From contig CM059432.1 of assembly GCA_030390025.1 (NCBI GenBank), positions 125,242,001 to 125,306,000 of the forward strand: a DNA stretch of 64,000 nt, read 5' to 3'. The stretch comes from Squalus acanthias (taxonomy: Eukaryota). The notes beneath the pieces are model-generated. The model worked only from the letters and a program-made list of their open reading frames with translations, made no database searches and was not told the DNA's origin. This document shows, in pieces, positions 1-12,382 of this stretch (positions are counted from its first letter, which is position 1; each line of letters starts with the position of its first letter). Position numbers and translations under genes: made by a program.

Positions 1-2152
1 CTATTTTTAACTCATGTTGACCGGGTTTGGGAAACCCAGCAGGTGAAAGGAGGGGAGAAGGGCTGAATCCATGAGGTAAGTACCTTTATGGCACTGATTG
101 TGGGCCAGTAGGAGCAGGAGTGTTTCCTCCAGGCCCAACAAGCTACTCAGTAAACCCCACCCCGCCTGCGATATGTCTGCTCCCCCACCCCCCCACCCCC
201 CGCACCTGCGATCTGTCTGCTCCACCCCCCCCCAACCATCAGACCCCCCCCCCCCTTGACCACCATCTGCTTCCCATCTCTTTGACAAAGCTTTCAGTCA
301 CCCCTTCTAATCTCTCCTTTCCCAGCTTTGTGTCTATTTTCTGAACGCCTGTCTGTGAAGCACCTTGGGACATATTTATGTTAAAGGCGCTATATAAATG
401 CATGTTGTTGCAGCAACGATTATAATTTAATGTTGGACATGCTTGAATAGAAAACTTTGTTGCTGTAAATTTCTCACTAGAAATGACACACATCCTTTCA
501 GGTCCTCCTAGTTTAAATTGGGGTTTTTTTTAAGTAGAAATTGAACAATAGTGATCAGTACACCAGATTTCATTAACTTGCAATATTTAACTTTTAGCTC
601 TTCAGTTCAGCAAAATAATATCACAATGTTTCATTAACTCTCCTAATAACGGTGAACTTGGACCAGCATCTGTAATACAAAACTTGTATGTGAGGTTGCG
701 TCTACCCCAGTGGAGCCGTCACATGATTCCTTCCACATTGATGAAACAGGAAGAACTTAATCCATCCACAGAATTCATTTCACAGTTTGCAGTTGTCCAT
801 TAACCCCTGCTACAGAAACAGTCAATGGAATATCCTCCGCTGTGAGAAACCTGCAACTCCATGTCAGCTCTCGCTGCCAATCCATTCTTGAGAACAAAAT
901 GGCCCTGGCCTGATCCACACAATAGATGCTAGACACACAGCCATCTTTCGTCGAGTTACAAAATCCCATTTTACTCAGTTGATCATTCACAGAACAAAGC
1001 AAGCCATTAGATTAATTTACTTTGAAGTACATCTACTCTTATAGAGTTTGTTATTAAAAATGTATCCACACAAGAAGCATGCTCTGTCTCTGCAAACCAG
1101 TGGCAATTTCCTGGTCCAAGTGACCATAAAAGGCCATGGCTGTTGCCTGTTGATGCCTATATATTCTCACTAGCCCAGCTGCTGCAGTAATCAATTTAAA
1201 ATGACTACCAACATCTCAACAATAGTTTATTAAAAAAAGATTTGACAAATCCACCTATCTGACACAGGCACCTCAGACAGTGCAGCATTCCCTCAGCGCC
1301 ACACAGGAATGCAAGCTGATGCTAGCTAAAAAGGCTGGGGGCGGGGTGGTGGTGGTGAGACAGACAACTAAGCAAAACCAATTGAGAGTGTTGTAATAGA
1401 ATAAGAAATACCATAGACAAGACAGAAGAAGTCAGCGTCCTTGGTAGCCTTTGCTAATTACTTGTTCTCTGCTCTCACTTTATTCTGATCTGCCTCCAGT
1501 GCATTTTGCTTTATTCCTCCACTATAGGCATTTTCTGACCTCTGGATTATCTTTTCCAGTAAGTACTTCATGTTAAAGATATCCCATTTATCCCAACACA
1601 ATATATGTGTGCTGCCATTTGTGTAGGCAGCTCATTCTCCTCTATGGTGTCAACTTTTGCCAGCTCAAACATATCACAAGGCAAAAGTGGGATTCTCCTG
1701 CCGTAACGTCAAGCGGGAGATTGGCAGAACCCTTGGAGAATCATCGTAAATGGTTAAAAACCATGAACACCTTTTCACCGGGGGTTCTGTCTGAGCACCC
1801 TGTGGAAGTTGCTGGCACACATTTTTAAACCTAGCTGATGGGGATGGGGCTGACATTTATTAAAATGATTAAAGAAACTGCAGACTATAGTAATCCTGAG
1901 AGAGGATTATGTGGAGTGGTTCATTACAAGAGCAATTTATAGACTATCTATCGATGTGGCAAGAGTAAGCTTGTTGAGGTTGAGAGGAAGTGGAATTTAA
2001 CCCTCTAGGTTCCAGATAAATTTTAGAGCTTTTAAAATATGCAATCTGTTTTATAACTTTTTAAAAATATTTTTGAATTTATCTAGACATCAGGGTGGGC
2101 ATCATCAGAGACTATCCATTTTTAATTTTGCTACTGATGTCTGAAAGTATTA

Positions 2153-2364
2153 AATAAAAACAGAAAATGCTGGAAATACTCAGCAGGTCAGGCAGCATCT
2201 GTGGAGAGAGAAACAGAGTTAACGTTTCAGGTTGATGTCCTCGAAAGGTCATCGCCCTGAAACGTTAACGCTGTTTCTCTCTCCACGGATGCTGCCTGAC
2301 CTGCTGAGTATTTCCAGCATTTTCTGTTTTTATTTCAGATTTCCAGCATCCGCAGTATTTTGCT
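2153..2364. mobile_element. Fold-back insertion of a probable Penelope-like element terminal repeat, with 13-bp TSD
   Basis: Inverted arms 2152-2241 / 2246-2335 with CGAA loop; TCTGAAAGTATTA at 2140-2152 and 2365-2377. Related sequence at 44950-45035 and 61520-61625. Confidence 0.8.
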
Positions 2365-3551
2365 TCTGAAAGTATTATACTTACTATCACTCGCAAGAAA
2401 GCAATTTATAAGTTGTTACTTACACTTTATAAATTGCAATCTAATTATATTGTTGGAAAGTCACTAACATAAATCTTGAATTTAATTGCATTATCAAAAT
2501 GGAAAAATGCAGTTCTCCCATTAAAACCTGCTCATTATAGTGCATTTGGCTGGCTCCCAGTTAACATGAACTTTACTTCCCTTTTCAAAAATTGAAGAAC
2601 CAGACAACTTTGTAAGTGGTTCATTCAACTTAAAATTAAGTATGTTCCCTTGAGACTGGAAAGGCCTAAAAAAGATTAACAAGATTGTTGGAAATCAGAC
2701 AAATTTCAGAACAGAAGGAGTTCTTTGGAGCAGGGGCACATTACAAATGCCCATGAACTGTTACGTTCCCTCCGGTGATTCAGCTTGTGAAATGTAAACT
2801 TGAATATGTCTCCTGATCGAGGTACAAACTTGCGCCTAATGCAGAATTTATTACATTATTTGCAACCTTACTTTGAATGGGTGGTCACAACTTGCAATAC
2901 TTTTTGAACATGTACGGGGTAGACTTTCTGCTTTGGGTGCAACCGGTGATTCCGGCGCGAATTGCGCCCGTTTTGTAAAGTGCTTTTTCCCCCCAAGTTT
3001 CCACTCAAGCTCATTTCCATATTGCCGAATGCAAAATCTGCCATGAGCCAGCTCAATCGGGCAGCGTTTTAAAATGTAATTTATTTTTTTAAATTTGCTT
3101 TAAGAAATATTCCTTGATCTATTTAAGAGTGGTAACTTGGTAACGTTTAATTACTACAGCTGAAAATGGGTTTATCACAAAAATAATCATTTTAAATCCA
3201 TGTCAATCCACCACCCGTAAGTAACCTAATTTTAAATGACTGAAAATAACTTTTTTTTTAAATACTGAGGTCAGTCCTCAGTAAATTAAAAAAAAAATCA
3301 TTCAAAACCGTTCAAAGCATACCTATTAGTGTCCTTGCGCCCAAAAGATCCAGCTTAATTTTTGAGCCCTCCTTGAGGGACTGCAAACGAGCGCAATTAG
3401 TGGAAACTCCCAATGGTGATTAATTCACCTGGGGGCGTGGCCACTTTTGTGGGCGGGGACTACTTCTAGCGCAATGTTTTTAAAACTAGCGCAAAAAATC
3501 ACGGAAGCTTGAGTTGCACTGAACGCAAATTTGCGCTTAAAATTCCACAAT

Positions 3552-6500
3552 CTTTTTTTATTCGTTTATGGGATGTGGACGTCGCTGGCAAGGCCAGCAT
3601 TTATTGCCCATTCCTAATTGACCTCGACAAGGTGGTGGTGAGCCGTCTTCTTGAACTGCTGCAGTCCATGTGGTGAAGGTACTCCCACAGTTAGGGAGGG
3701 AGTTCCAGGATTTTGACACAGCGATGATAAAGGAACGGCGATATATTTCTAAGTCAGGATGGTGTGTGACTTGGAGGGGAACTTGGAGATGGTGGTGTTC
3801 CCATGCGCCTGCTGCCCTTGTCCTTCTAGGTGGAAGTGGTCGTGGGTTTGGGAGGTGCTGTCGAAGAAGCCTTGGCGAGTTGCTGCAGTGTATCTTGTAG
3901 ATGGTACACACTGCAGCCACGGTACGCCGGTGGTGGAGGGAGTTAATGTTTAAGGTGGTAGATGGGGTGTCAATCAAGCGGGCTGCTTTGTCCTGGATAG
4001 TGTCGAGCTTCTTGAGTGTTGTTGGAGCTGCACTCATCCAGGCAATTGGAGAGTATTCCATCACACTCCTTACTTGTGCCTTGTAGATGGTGGCAAGGCT
4101 TTGGGGAGTCAGGAGGTGAGACACTCTTGTTGCCACAGTATTTATGTGGCTGGTCCAGTTAAGTTTCTGGTCAATTGTGACCCCCAGGACGATGGTGGGA
4201 GATTCGGCAATGGTAATGCCGTTAAATGTCATGGGGAGGTGGTTAGACTCTCGCTTATTGGAGATAGTCATTGCCTGGCACTTCTGTGGCGCGAATGTTA
4301 CCTGCCACTTATCAGCCCAAGCCTGAACGTCGTCCAGGTCTTGTTGCATGAGGGCATTATCTGAGGAGTTGTGAATGGCACTGAGCACTGCAGTCATCAG
4401 CGAACATCCCCATTTCTGACCTTATGTTGGAGGGAAGGTCATTGATGAAGCAGCTGAAGATTGTTGGGCCTAGGACACTGCCCTGAGGAACTCCTGCAGC
4501 GATGTCCTAGGGCTGTGATGATTGACCTTCAACCACCACAACCATCTTCCTTTGTGCTAGGTATGACTCCAGCCAGTGGAGAATTTTCCCCCCAATTCCC
4601 ATTGACTTCAGTTTTACTAGGGTTTTTTGATGCCACATTCGGTCAAATGCTGCCTTGATGTCAAGGGCAGTCACTCTCACTTCACTTCTGGAGTTCAGCT
4701 CCTTTGTCCATGTTTGGACCAAGGCTATAATGAGGTCAGGAGCCGAGTGGTCTTGGCGGAACCCAAACTGGGCATCAGTGAGCAGGTTATTGGTGAGTAA
4801 GTGCCGCTTGATAGCACTGTCGATGACACCTTCCATCACTTTGCTGATGATTGAGAGTAGACCGATTGGGCGGTAATTGGCCGGGTTGGATTTGTCCTGT
4901 TTTTTGTGGACAGGACATACCTGGGCAGTTTTCCACATTGTTGGATAGATGCCAGTGTTGTAGCTGTACTGGAACAGCTTGGCTAGAGGCGCGGCTAGTT
5001 CTGGAGCACAAGTCTTCAGCACGATGGCCGGGATGTTGTCGGGGCCCATAGGCTTTGCTGTATCCAGTGCGCTCAGCCGTTTCTTGATATCACGTGGAGT
5101 GAATCGAATTGGCTGAAGACTGGCTTCTGTGATGGTGGGGACCTCAGGAGTAGGCAGATATGGATCACCCACTCGGCACTTCTGGCTGAAGATGGTTGCA
5201 AACGCTTCAGCCTTGTCTTTTGCACTCACGTGCTGGGCTCCACCATCATTGAGGATGGGGATATTCATGGAGCCTCCTCCTCCCGTTAGTTGTTTAATGG
5301 TCCACCACCATTCACGACTGGATGAGGCAGAACTGCAGAGCTTTTGATCCGTTGATTGTGGGATCGCTTAGCCCTGTCTATAGCATGCTGCTTCCGCTTT
5401 TTAGCATGCATGTAATCCTGTGTTCCCCAGGTTGGCACCTCATTTTTAGGTACGCCTGGTGCTGCTCCTGGCATGCTCTTCTACACTCCTTATTGAACCA
5501 GGGTTGGTCCCCTGGCTTGATGGTAATGGTAGAGTGAGGGATTTGCCAGGCCATGAAGTTACAGATTGTGGTGGAATACAATTCTGCTGCTACTGATGGC
5601 CCACAGCGCCTCATGGATGCCCAGATTTGAGCTGCTAGATCTGTTCTGTTTCTATCCCATTTAGCACGGTGGTAGTGCCACACAACACGATGGAGGGTGT
5701 CCTCAGTGTGAAGACAGGACTTCGTCTCCATATTGACTGTGCGGTGTTCACTGCTACCAATACTGTCATGGACAGATGCATCTGTCAAGTAGGTTTTTCC
5801 CTCGTGTTGGTTCTCTCACCACCTGTCGCAGGCCCAGACTGGCAGTTATGTCCTCGGCCAGCTCGGTCAGTAGTGGTGCTACCGAGCCACTCTTGGTGAT
5901 GGAGTCCCCCACCCAGAGTACATTCTGTGCCCTTGCTACTCTCAGTGCTTCTTCCAAGTGGTGTTCAACATGGAGGAGTACTGATTCATCAGCTGAGGGA
6001 GCGCGGTAGGTGGTAATCAGCAGGAGGTTTCCTTGCCCATGCTTGACCTGAAGCCATGAGACTTCATGGGGTCCGGAGTCAATGTTGAGCCCTCCCAGGG
6101 CCACTCCTTCCCGACAGTATACCACTGTGCCGCCACCCCTGGTGGGTCTGTCCTGCCGGTGAGGACATACCCAGGGATGGTGATGGAGGAGTTTGAAAGG
6201 TATGACAATGTCAGGCTGTTGCTTGACTAGTCTGTGAGACAGCTCTCCCAATTTTGGGACAAGTCCCCAGATGTTGGTAAGGAGGACTTTGCAGATCGAC
6301 TGGGCTGGGTGTGCCATGTCCATGTTGATGCCGGGTGGTCCGTCCGGTTTCATTCTTATTGTGTTTCGTAGCAGTTTGTTACAACTGAGTGGCTTGCTAG
6401 GCCATTTCAGAGGGCAGTTAAGAGTCAACCACATTACTGTGGGTCTGGAGTCACACATAGGCCAGACCAGGTAAGGACGGCAGATTTCCTTCCCTAAAGG

Positions 6501-6662
6501 ACATTAGTGAACCAGATGGATTTTTACGACAAACCGATAGTTTCATGGTTACCATTACTGATACTAGCTTTTTATACCTAGCCAGAACTCACGTCTCTGG
6601 ATCATTAGTCCAGGCCTCTGGATTACTAGCCCAGTGACATTAGCACTACGCTACCGTTCCCA
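3552..6662 (-). mobile_element. Degenerate non-LTR retrotransposon (CR1/L2-group APE-RT LINE) with tRNA/SINE-like 5' head, apparently near full length
   Basis: Frameshifted ORF pieces: APE (LLTNIWGL...LWVGD) at 5766-6300 and RT (GPDNIP...NYRPIGLLS...QFGFR...ALDIKAAFDR; MFADD near 4390-4405). 3' end CCACATCCCATAAACGAATAAAAAAA; A-box-like TAGCGTAGTGC at 6643-6653. Confidence 0.9.
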
Positions 6663-7496
6663 GTACGCCGATATTGGGGGAATTGTGCCGAAAAAAGCAG
6701 CACAATCGAGCAAAAATACCAGGCCGAAAACACAACCTGCCTGAAATAAACTTGTCAGGTTCGCTAACCAGGAAGATGCAGTAAAGATGAATCTTGCCAC
6801 CATTACAGATGGATCGTGCCGCCGTTGTGCTTAGTGAATCTGGCCAGTTTTCTTTGAGTTGTCACCAGCTGCACAAGACTCACATATTGAGATCTGCAGC
6901 CTAGAGCAGTATAAAAGCATCTGCAGATTGTAGATCCTTGTAAGTAAATCTCTATCCACAAATATTAGTGACGGGAAAGGAGGAAGAGGTAAATAGTTAA
7001 GATCAGGAAGAATCAGGACTTCTACTTATGGGAGTCAGGAACTTCAAATGGGGCAAAGAGACTGACAGCACTTTGAATGATGGAAATGAAGACAAGCTGA
7101 TTGATCCTAGGAAAAGATGGTTTACTTCAGCCACAAGATTAAGTCCATCTTGAAGGACTCAAGTGACAGTAAAGATGGAGCACCTGACAACAGGGATGGA
7201 GCTGCGGTAGAAGGATTGTGAGGGTCAAAGTCCAGATTTGGCCAACTTGGAACAGCACAGCTATGACGATGTCCTCCAATGCCGTGCTGCCGTTCACATC
7301 AGACTCAAAACAGCAACATGATTGGGAATTTAAAAATTAAGTGAGTGGTAACCATCCCGTCTCCTCCTGGCCTTCCCATTGGCTCCCAGCATGGACTGAA
7401 AAGCATGTCCTGTAAGTGAGGACAAGATTGTCTGGCAGTGAACTCTGAAAAGCAGTTATAAATGCTCCTTCCTCCTTTATCTCTATCTCATGCGCG

Positions 7497-7519
7497 CTCT
7501 CTCTCTCTCTCTCTCTCTC
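7497..7519. repeat. (CT)n microsatellite
   Basis: About 11 CT units read directly. Confidence 0.9.
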
Positions 7520-7954
7520 AACAGTTGTTGTTTACTTGTTGCCAAATTTAGCCTCAGCCGTCACCTGTTTAATACTGCAAATGCACAGCAAGTGTGTTAG
7601 CATCTGAAAAGGGAAGACAGGCCAGATTACAACAATCAGGAAGGAAAGTATGAACGTTCAAAACTGTACAGAGGGAGCAAGATCATAGCTTCTACCAAAT
7701 TAATTTAATTTTAATTTGAACTGCATTTTCTACCTGTACTTTCACTTTCCAATATCAATTAAATAGAAACAGAAAGTGAAGTTTAATATTTTGTTAGCAG
7801 GAATATGTTGCATACCATTTTGTTCAGCTGAATCTTTCCTAGTCACATACAGCTCAATTTTTGAAGTGCAAGTAATGTTAAAACTATTGAAAATAAAGGA
7901 ATTATGTTTTGCACTAAATTTCAATCAAAATGGCAAATTATCTTCTCCTTTGGC

Positions 7955-10900
7955 CTAATCCCCTCCCTTTCTTGCCTTCTTTCCTGAAAGCGCAGACACT
8001 TGGTGGATGCAGTTCCACTGGTGCCAGCAGCCTTGCAGAACCACACCCAAATGAGCATTCTTAATGTGTGAGCCTAGACAGTGGCAGACTGTTCAACCAT
8101 AGGGGGCATCATTTCCCTCCCCCTCTTCTCTGCCTCGCCCCGCCCTGCCCTGGGACACTGTCCACTTGTAGTACACTCACTGCTGCCTTGGCCAAGATTA
8201 GGCAGGGGGCTGGGAACCTGTGCAGGGAGACAGAGGAAAGGGAAGCCAGGACAGAAACAAAAGACAGGAAGGAGAAAAGCAGAAGTGGAAGGCAGAGAAA
8301 TCAAGGGTGTAAATCAAACATGGCCACAGTAAACAATCATTCTAAAAGGTCGAAGAGTGTTAAAAAAAAAACAAGCCTGAAGGCTTTGTGTCTTAATGCG
8401 AGGAGCATTCGTAATAAGGTGGATGAATTAGCTGTGCAAATAGATGTAAACGGATATGATATAATTGGGATTACGGAGACATGGCTCCAGGGTGACCAAG
8501 GCTGGGAATTCAACCTCCAGGGGTATTCAATATTCAGGAAGGACTGGCAAAAAGGAAAAGGAGGTGAGGTAGCATTGCTGGTTAAAGAGGAGATTAACAC
8601 AATAGTAAGGAAGGATATTAGCTCTGATGATGTGGAATCTGCGTGGGTAGAGCTGAGAAATACCAAGGGGCAGAAAACGTTAGTGGGAGTTGTATACAGA
8701 CCCCCAAACAGTAATGCTGAGGTTGCGGATGGCATTAAACAGGAAATTAGAGACGCGTGCAATAAGGACACAGCAGTTATCATGGGTGACTTTAATCTAC
8801 ATACTCATTTGGTTAGCCCAATCTATAACAATACTGCGGAGGAGGAATTCCTAGCGCGTATACGGGATGGTTTCCTGGACCAATATGTCGAGGAACCAAC
8901 TAGAGATCAGGCCATCTTAGACTGGGTATTATGTAATGAGAAAGGATTAATTAGCAACCTTGTGGTGCGAGGCCCCTTGGGGAGGAGCGATCATAATATG
9001 ATAGAATTATTCATTAAGATGGAGAGTGAAGTAGTTGACTCAGAGACTAGGGTCCTGAATTTAAATAAAGGAAACTACGATGGTATGAGGCGCGAGTTGG
9101 CTAGGATGGATTAGGGAGCGTTACTTAAAGGGTTGATGGTGAATAGGCAATGGCAAACATTTAAAGATCGCATGGATGAACTACAGAATTTGTTCATCCC
9201 TGTTTGGCATAAAAATAAAACAAAAAAGGTGACTCAACCGTGGCTAACAAGGGAAATTAGGGATAGCATAAGATCCAAGGAGAGGACCTATAAATTGGCC
9301 AGAAAAAGCAGCAAACTTGAGGATTGGGAGCAGTTTAGGATTCAGCAAAGGAGGACAAAGAGATTAATTAAGAGGGGGGAAATAGAATATGAGAGTAAGC
9401 TTGCAGGGAACATAAAAACAGACTGTAAAAGTTTCTATAGATATGTGAAGAGAAAAAGGTTGGTGAAGTCAAGCGTAGGTCCCTTGCAGTCAGAATCAGG
9501 GGAATTTATAATGGGGAACAAAGAAATGGCAGACCAATTAAATACATACTTTGGTCCTGTCTTCACAAAGGAGGACACAAATAACCTCCCAGAGATGTCG
9601 GGGAACATAGGGTCTAATGAGAGGGAGGAATTGAATGAAATCAGTATTTGTAGGGAAATGGTGTTGGGGAAATTGACGGGATTGAAGGCCGATAAATCCC
9701 CAGGGCCTGATAATCTACATCCTAGGGTACTTAAGGAAATGGCCCTAGAAATAGTAGATGCATTGCTGGTCATCTTCCAAAATTCTATAGACTCTGGAAA
9801 AAGTTCCCATGGATTGGAGGGTAGCTAATGTAACCCCACTATTTAAGAAAGGTGGTAGAGAGAAAACGGGGAATTTTTTGAGGATGTAACTGGTAGAATA
9901 GATAAGGGAGAACCAGTGGATGTGGTGTATTTGGACTTTCATCAGGCTTTCAATAAGGTCACGCATAAGAGATTAGCGTGCAAAGTTAAAGCACATGGGA
10001 TTGGGGGTAAGGTACTGACTTGGATAGAAAACTGGTTGGCAGACAGGAAACAAAGAGTTGGAATAAACGGGTCTTTTTCCGAGTGGCAGGCAGTGACTAG
10101 TGGGGTGCCGCAGGGATCGGTGCTAGGACCCCAGCTATTCACAATATATATTAATGATCTAGACGAGGGAATTAGATGTAATATCTCCAAGTTTGCAGAC
10201 GACACAAAGCTGGGTGGGCGTGTGTGCTGTGAGGAGGATGCAGAGCAACTCCAGTATGATTTGGACAGGTTGGGTGATTGGGCAGATACATGGCAGATGC
10301 AGTATAATGTGGATAAATGCGAGGTTATCCACTTTGGTGGCAAAAACAGGAAGACAGATTATTATCTGAATGGCAATAGATTGGGAAAAGGGGAAGTGCA
10401 ACGAGACCTGGGTGTCCTTGTGCACCAGTCGCTGAAGGTAAGCATGCAGATGCAGCAGGCGGTTAAGAAGGCAAATGGTATGTTGGCCTTCATAGTGAGA
10501 GGATTCGAGTACAGGAGCAAGGATGTCCTGCTGCAGTTGTACAAGGCCTTGGTGAGACCACACCTTGAGTATTGTGTGCAGTTTTGGTCGCATTATCTGA
10601 GGAAGGATGTTCTTGCCATGGAGGGAGTGCAGCGAAGATTCACCAGACTGATACGTGGGATGGTAGGAATGACGTATGAAGAGAGATTGGGTCGATTAGG
10701 CTTATAGTCGCTAGAGTTTAGAAGAATGAGAGGGGATCTCATTGAAACTTATAAAATTCTAACAGGACTAGACAGACTAGATGCAGGAAGGATGTTCCCG
10801 ATGGCGGGGGAGTCCAGAACCAGGGGTCACAGTCTAAGGATAAGGGGTAAGCCATTTCGGACTGAGATGAGGAGGAATTTCTTCACCCAGAGAGTGGTGA

Positions 10901-11226
10901 ACCTGTGGAATTCTCTACCACACAAGGCAGTTGAAGCCAATTCATTAAATATATTCAAGAAGGAGTTAGATATATTTCTTAAGGCTAAAGGGATCAAGGG
11001 ATATGGGGAGAAAACAGGGACAGGGTACTGAATTTGGATGATCAGCCATGATCTCATTAAATGGCAGAACAGGCTCGAGGGGCCGAATGGCCTACTCCTG
11101 CTCCTATCTTCTATGTTTCTATTAGCTAACACAACACAGACTAGGGATTGAACCTGAGGCCTTCCTGATCCCTGTGGCTCAGCACCACAACAGGTGAGTG
11201 CATTTACCCACCAAGCCAATGGGGGA
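7955..11226 (-). mobile_element. Old tRNA-derived SINE split in two by CR1 copy A (body 7955-8201, head 11121-11226)
   Basis: Head has A box TGGCTTGGTGG and B box GGTTCAATCCC on -. The two halves rejoin across the ATTAG duplication into the sequence seen uninterrupted at ~49610-49720. Confidence 0.75.
8202..11120 (+). mobile_element. CR1-clade LINE copy A (ORF2 only, disrupted)
   Basis: APE (LCLNARSIRNK, GITETWL, MGDFN, SDHN) and RT (SGVPQGSVLGP, FADDTK); stops at 9114 and 10707. Tail CTCCTATCTTCTATGTTTCT; flanked by ATTAG duplication (8197-8201 / 11121-11125). Confidence 0.95.
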
Positions 11227-12382
11227 GACAACAAATGATTTTCTGATTAACATGCTCAGATTTATTGAGGTGATAAACACCTATAAAATTATAAACTTCT
11301 AGTAATTGGTGGTATTGGTTTTGATATCATCTTAATGGTGCATGATCTGCTCCATATATCTAGCTATCATACAATCATTTATTTACATTATATCTGTTAC
11401 CTCTGTTTCTCCTCCTAATGTTTCCTGTGCTTCAACAAGCTATGGTTGCGACTGTCTAATTTCTTTTCAAATCGCTCTATCTCTGCTATAGTTTATGTCT
11501 TATCCTCTGACTCTTTTCCCGCCAACTAGTGCTCCCTGGGGCTCTGGTTTCACTCCCCTCTTTAAATAGGTAATATAATTAGTGTAATGTTAATCTGTTG
11601 TGAATCAAGTATGCTAGTCTTTCTTGACCCCAGCGATGGAGTGTCCTTCTGTAGTTCAGACCTGCTGTAGTACAATATTTCATTGCCTAGGCAAAAGTGG
11701 TGAAGCTCACGCTTAAGCAATGATAAATAAACCTGATGTCTCTTTCATATACCAAATCCATAGGCTTCTCATGCTCTGGTATCTCCCCCATATATATCAA
11801 TGGCTAGATTGCAGAGTGCAGGCAGCAGTGGAGAAAAACTACACACGCAATCTTGTGTTTGTAATGTTATTAAAAGTCACAATTGTGACTTCTTTCCTCT
11901 CTAAGGATGGTCCATACATGCCAGCTGTGTTAAAATCAGTGATGGCCTGAACGTACAGGAGAAGCGCTCAGCCATCCGAAACCCAGGGCAGCTCACGCCG
12001 TAGAAGACAATCCTACATTTGTTAGCATGCCTCTAGTACCACAAGGGAAATTACACTTGGCGTGAAAATCCTGTGCTACCAGAAACATTAGCGCTGCCTC
12101 ATTTATATTACAGCACTACCAGTGAAGACAGTACTGCTATCATGAGGTATGAGTGATGGGGAGCCTGGATCTTGAGCTAACAAACACTTTTTTAGGTTCA
12201 TTGCCTGTACTCCCAGCTGCCTCCCTCCCCAATCCAGTATCCTAACTTTATACAACTTTTAACATTTTTGTTTTTTTAATCAACTTTTTTGTTTGCTTTA
12301 TGGTAGTATTTAGTGCTGCTGTAGAGTTCACTAGACCACAAAGCTTAATGTTGTTGAATTCTCCCATTTTTATCTTCTAAAG

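Noticed and set aside
1..344. Pro/Gly-rich ORFs at the window start
   Set aside because: They derive from low-complexity poly-C tracts next to an L2-type tail (~340-415).
3670..6474. Numerous + strand ORFs over the LINE, and equivalent antisense ORFs over other LINEs
   Set aside because: They are shadow frames of retrotransposon coding sequence with no recognisable domains.
2917..6730. LINE nested inside a single MITE spanning 2917-3550 and 6665-6730
   Set aside because: Plausible from the CpG-rich flanks, but I could not find matching TIRs or a TSD to support it.
7600..7660. Possible additional SPAG1 exon (AG...GTATG)
   Set aside because: Weak polypyrimidine tract and no resemblance to the expected TPR/RKIxIxE sequence. 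No upstream SPAG1 exon could be identified in 1-12382.
8068..9114. 348-aa ORF as a novel host gene
   Set aside because: It starts at a GTG inside an antisense SINE and runs into the CR1 APE domain. The downstream ORF2 has stops and a deletion, and there is no splice or other evidence of domestication.
11121..11226. tRNA gene
   Set aside because: A and B boxes are present but there is no cloverleaf; it is a SINE head. The same applies to 6580-6662.
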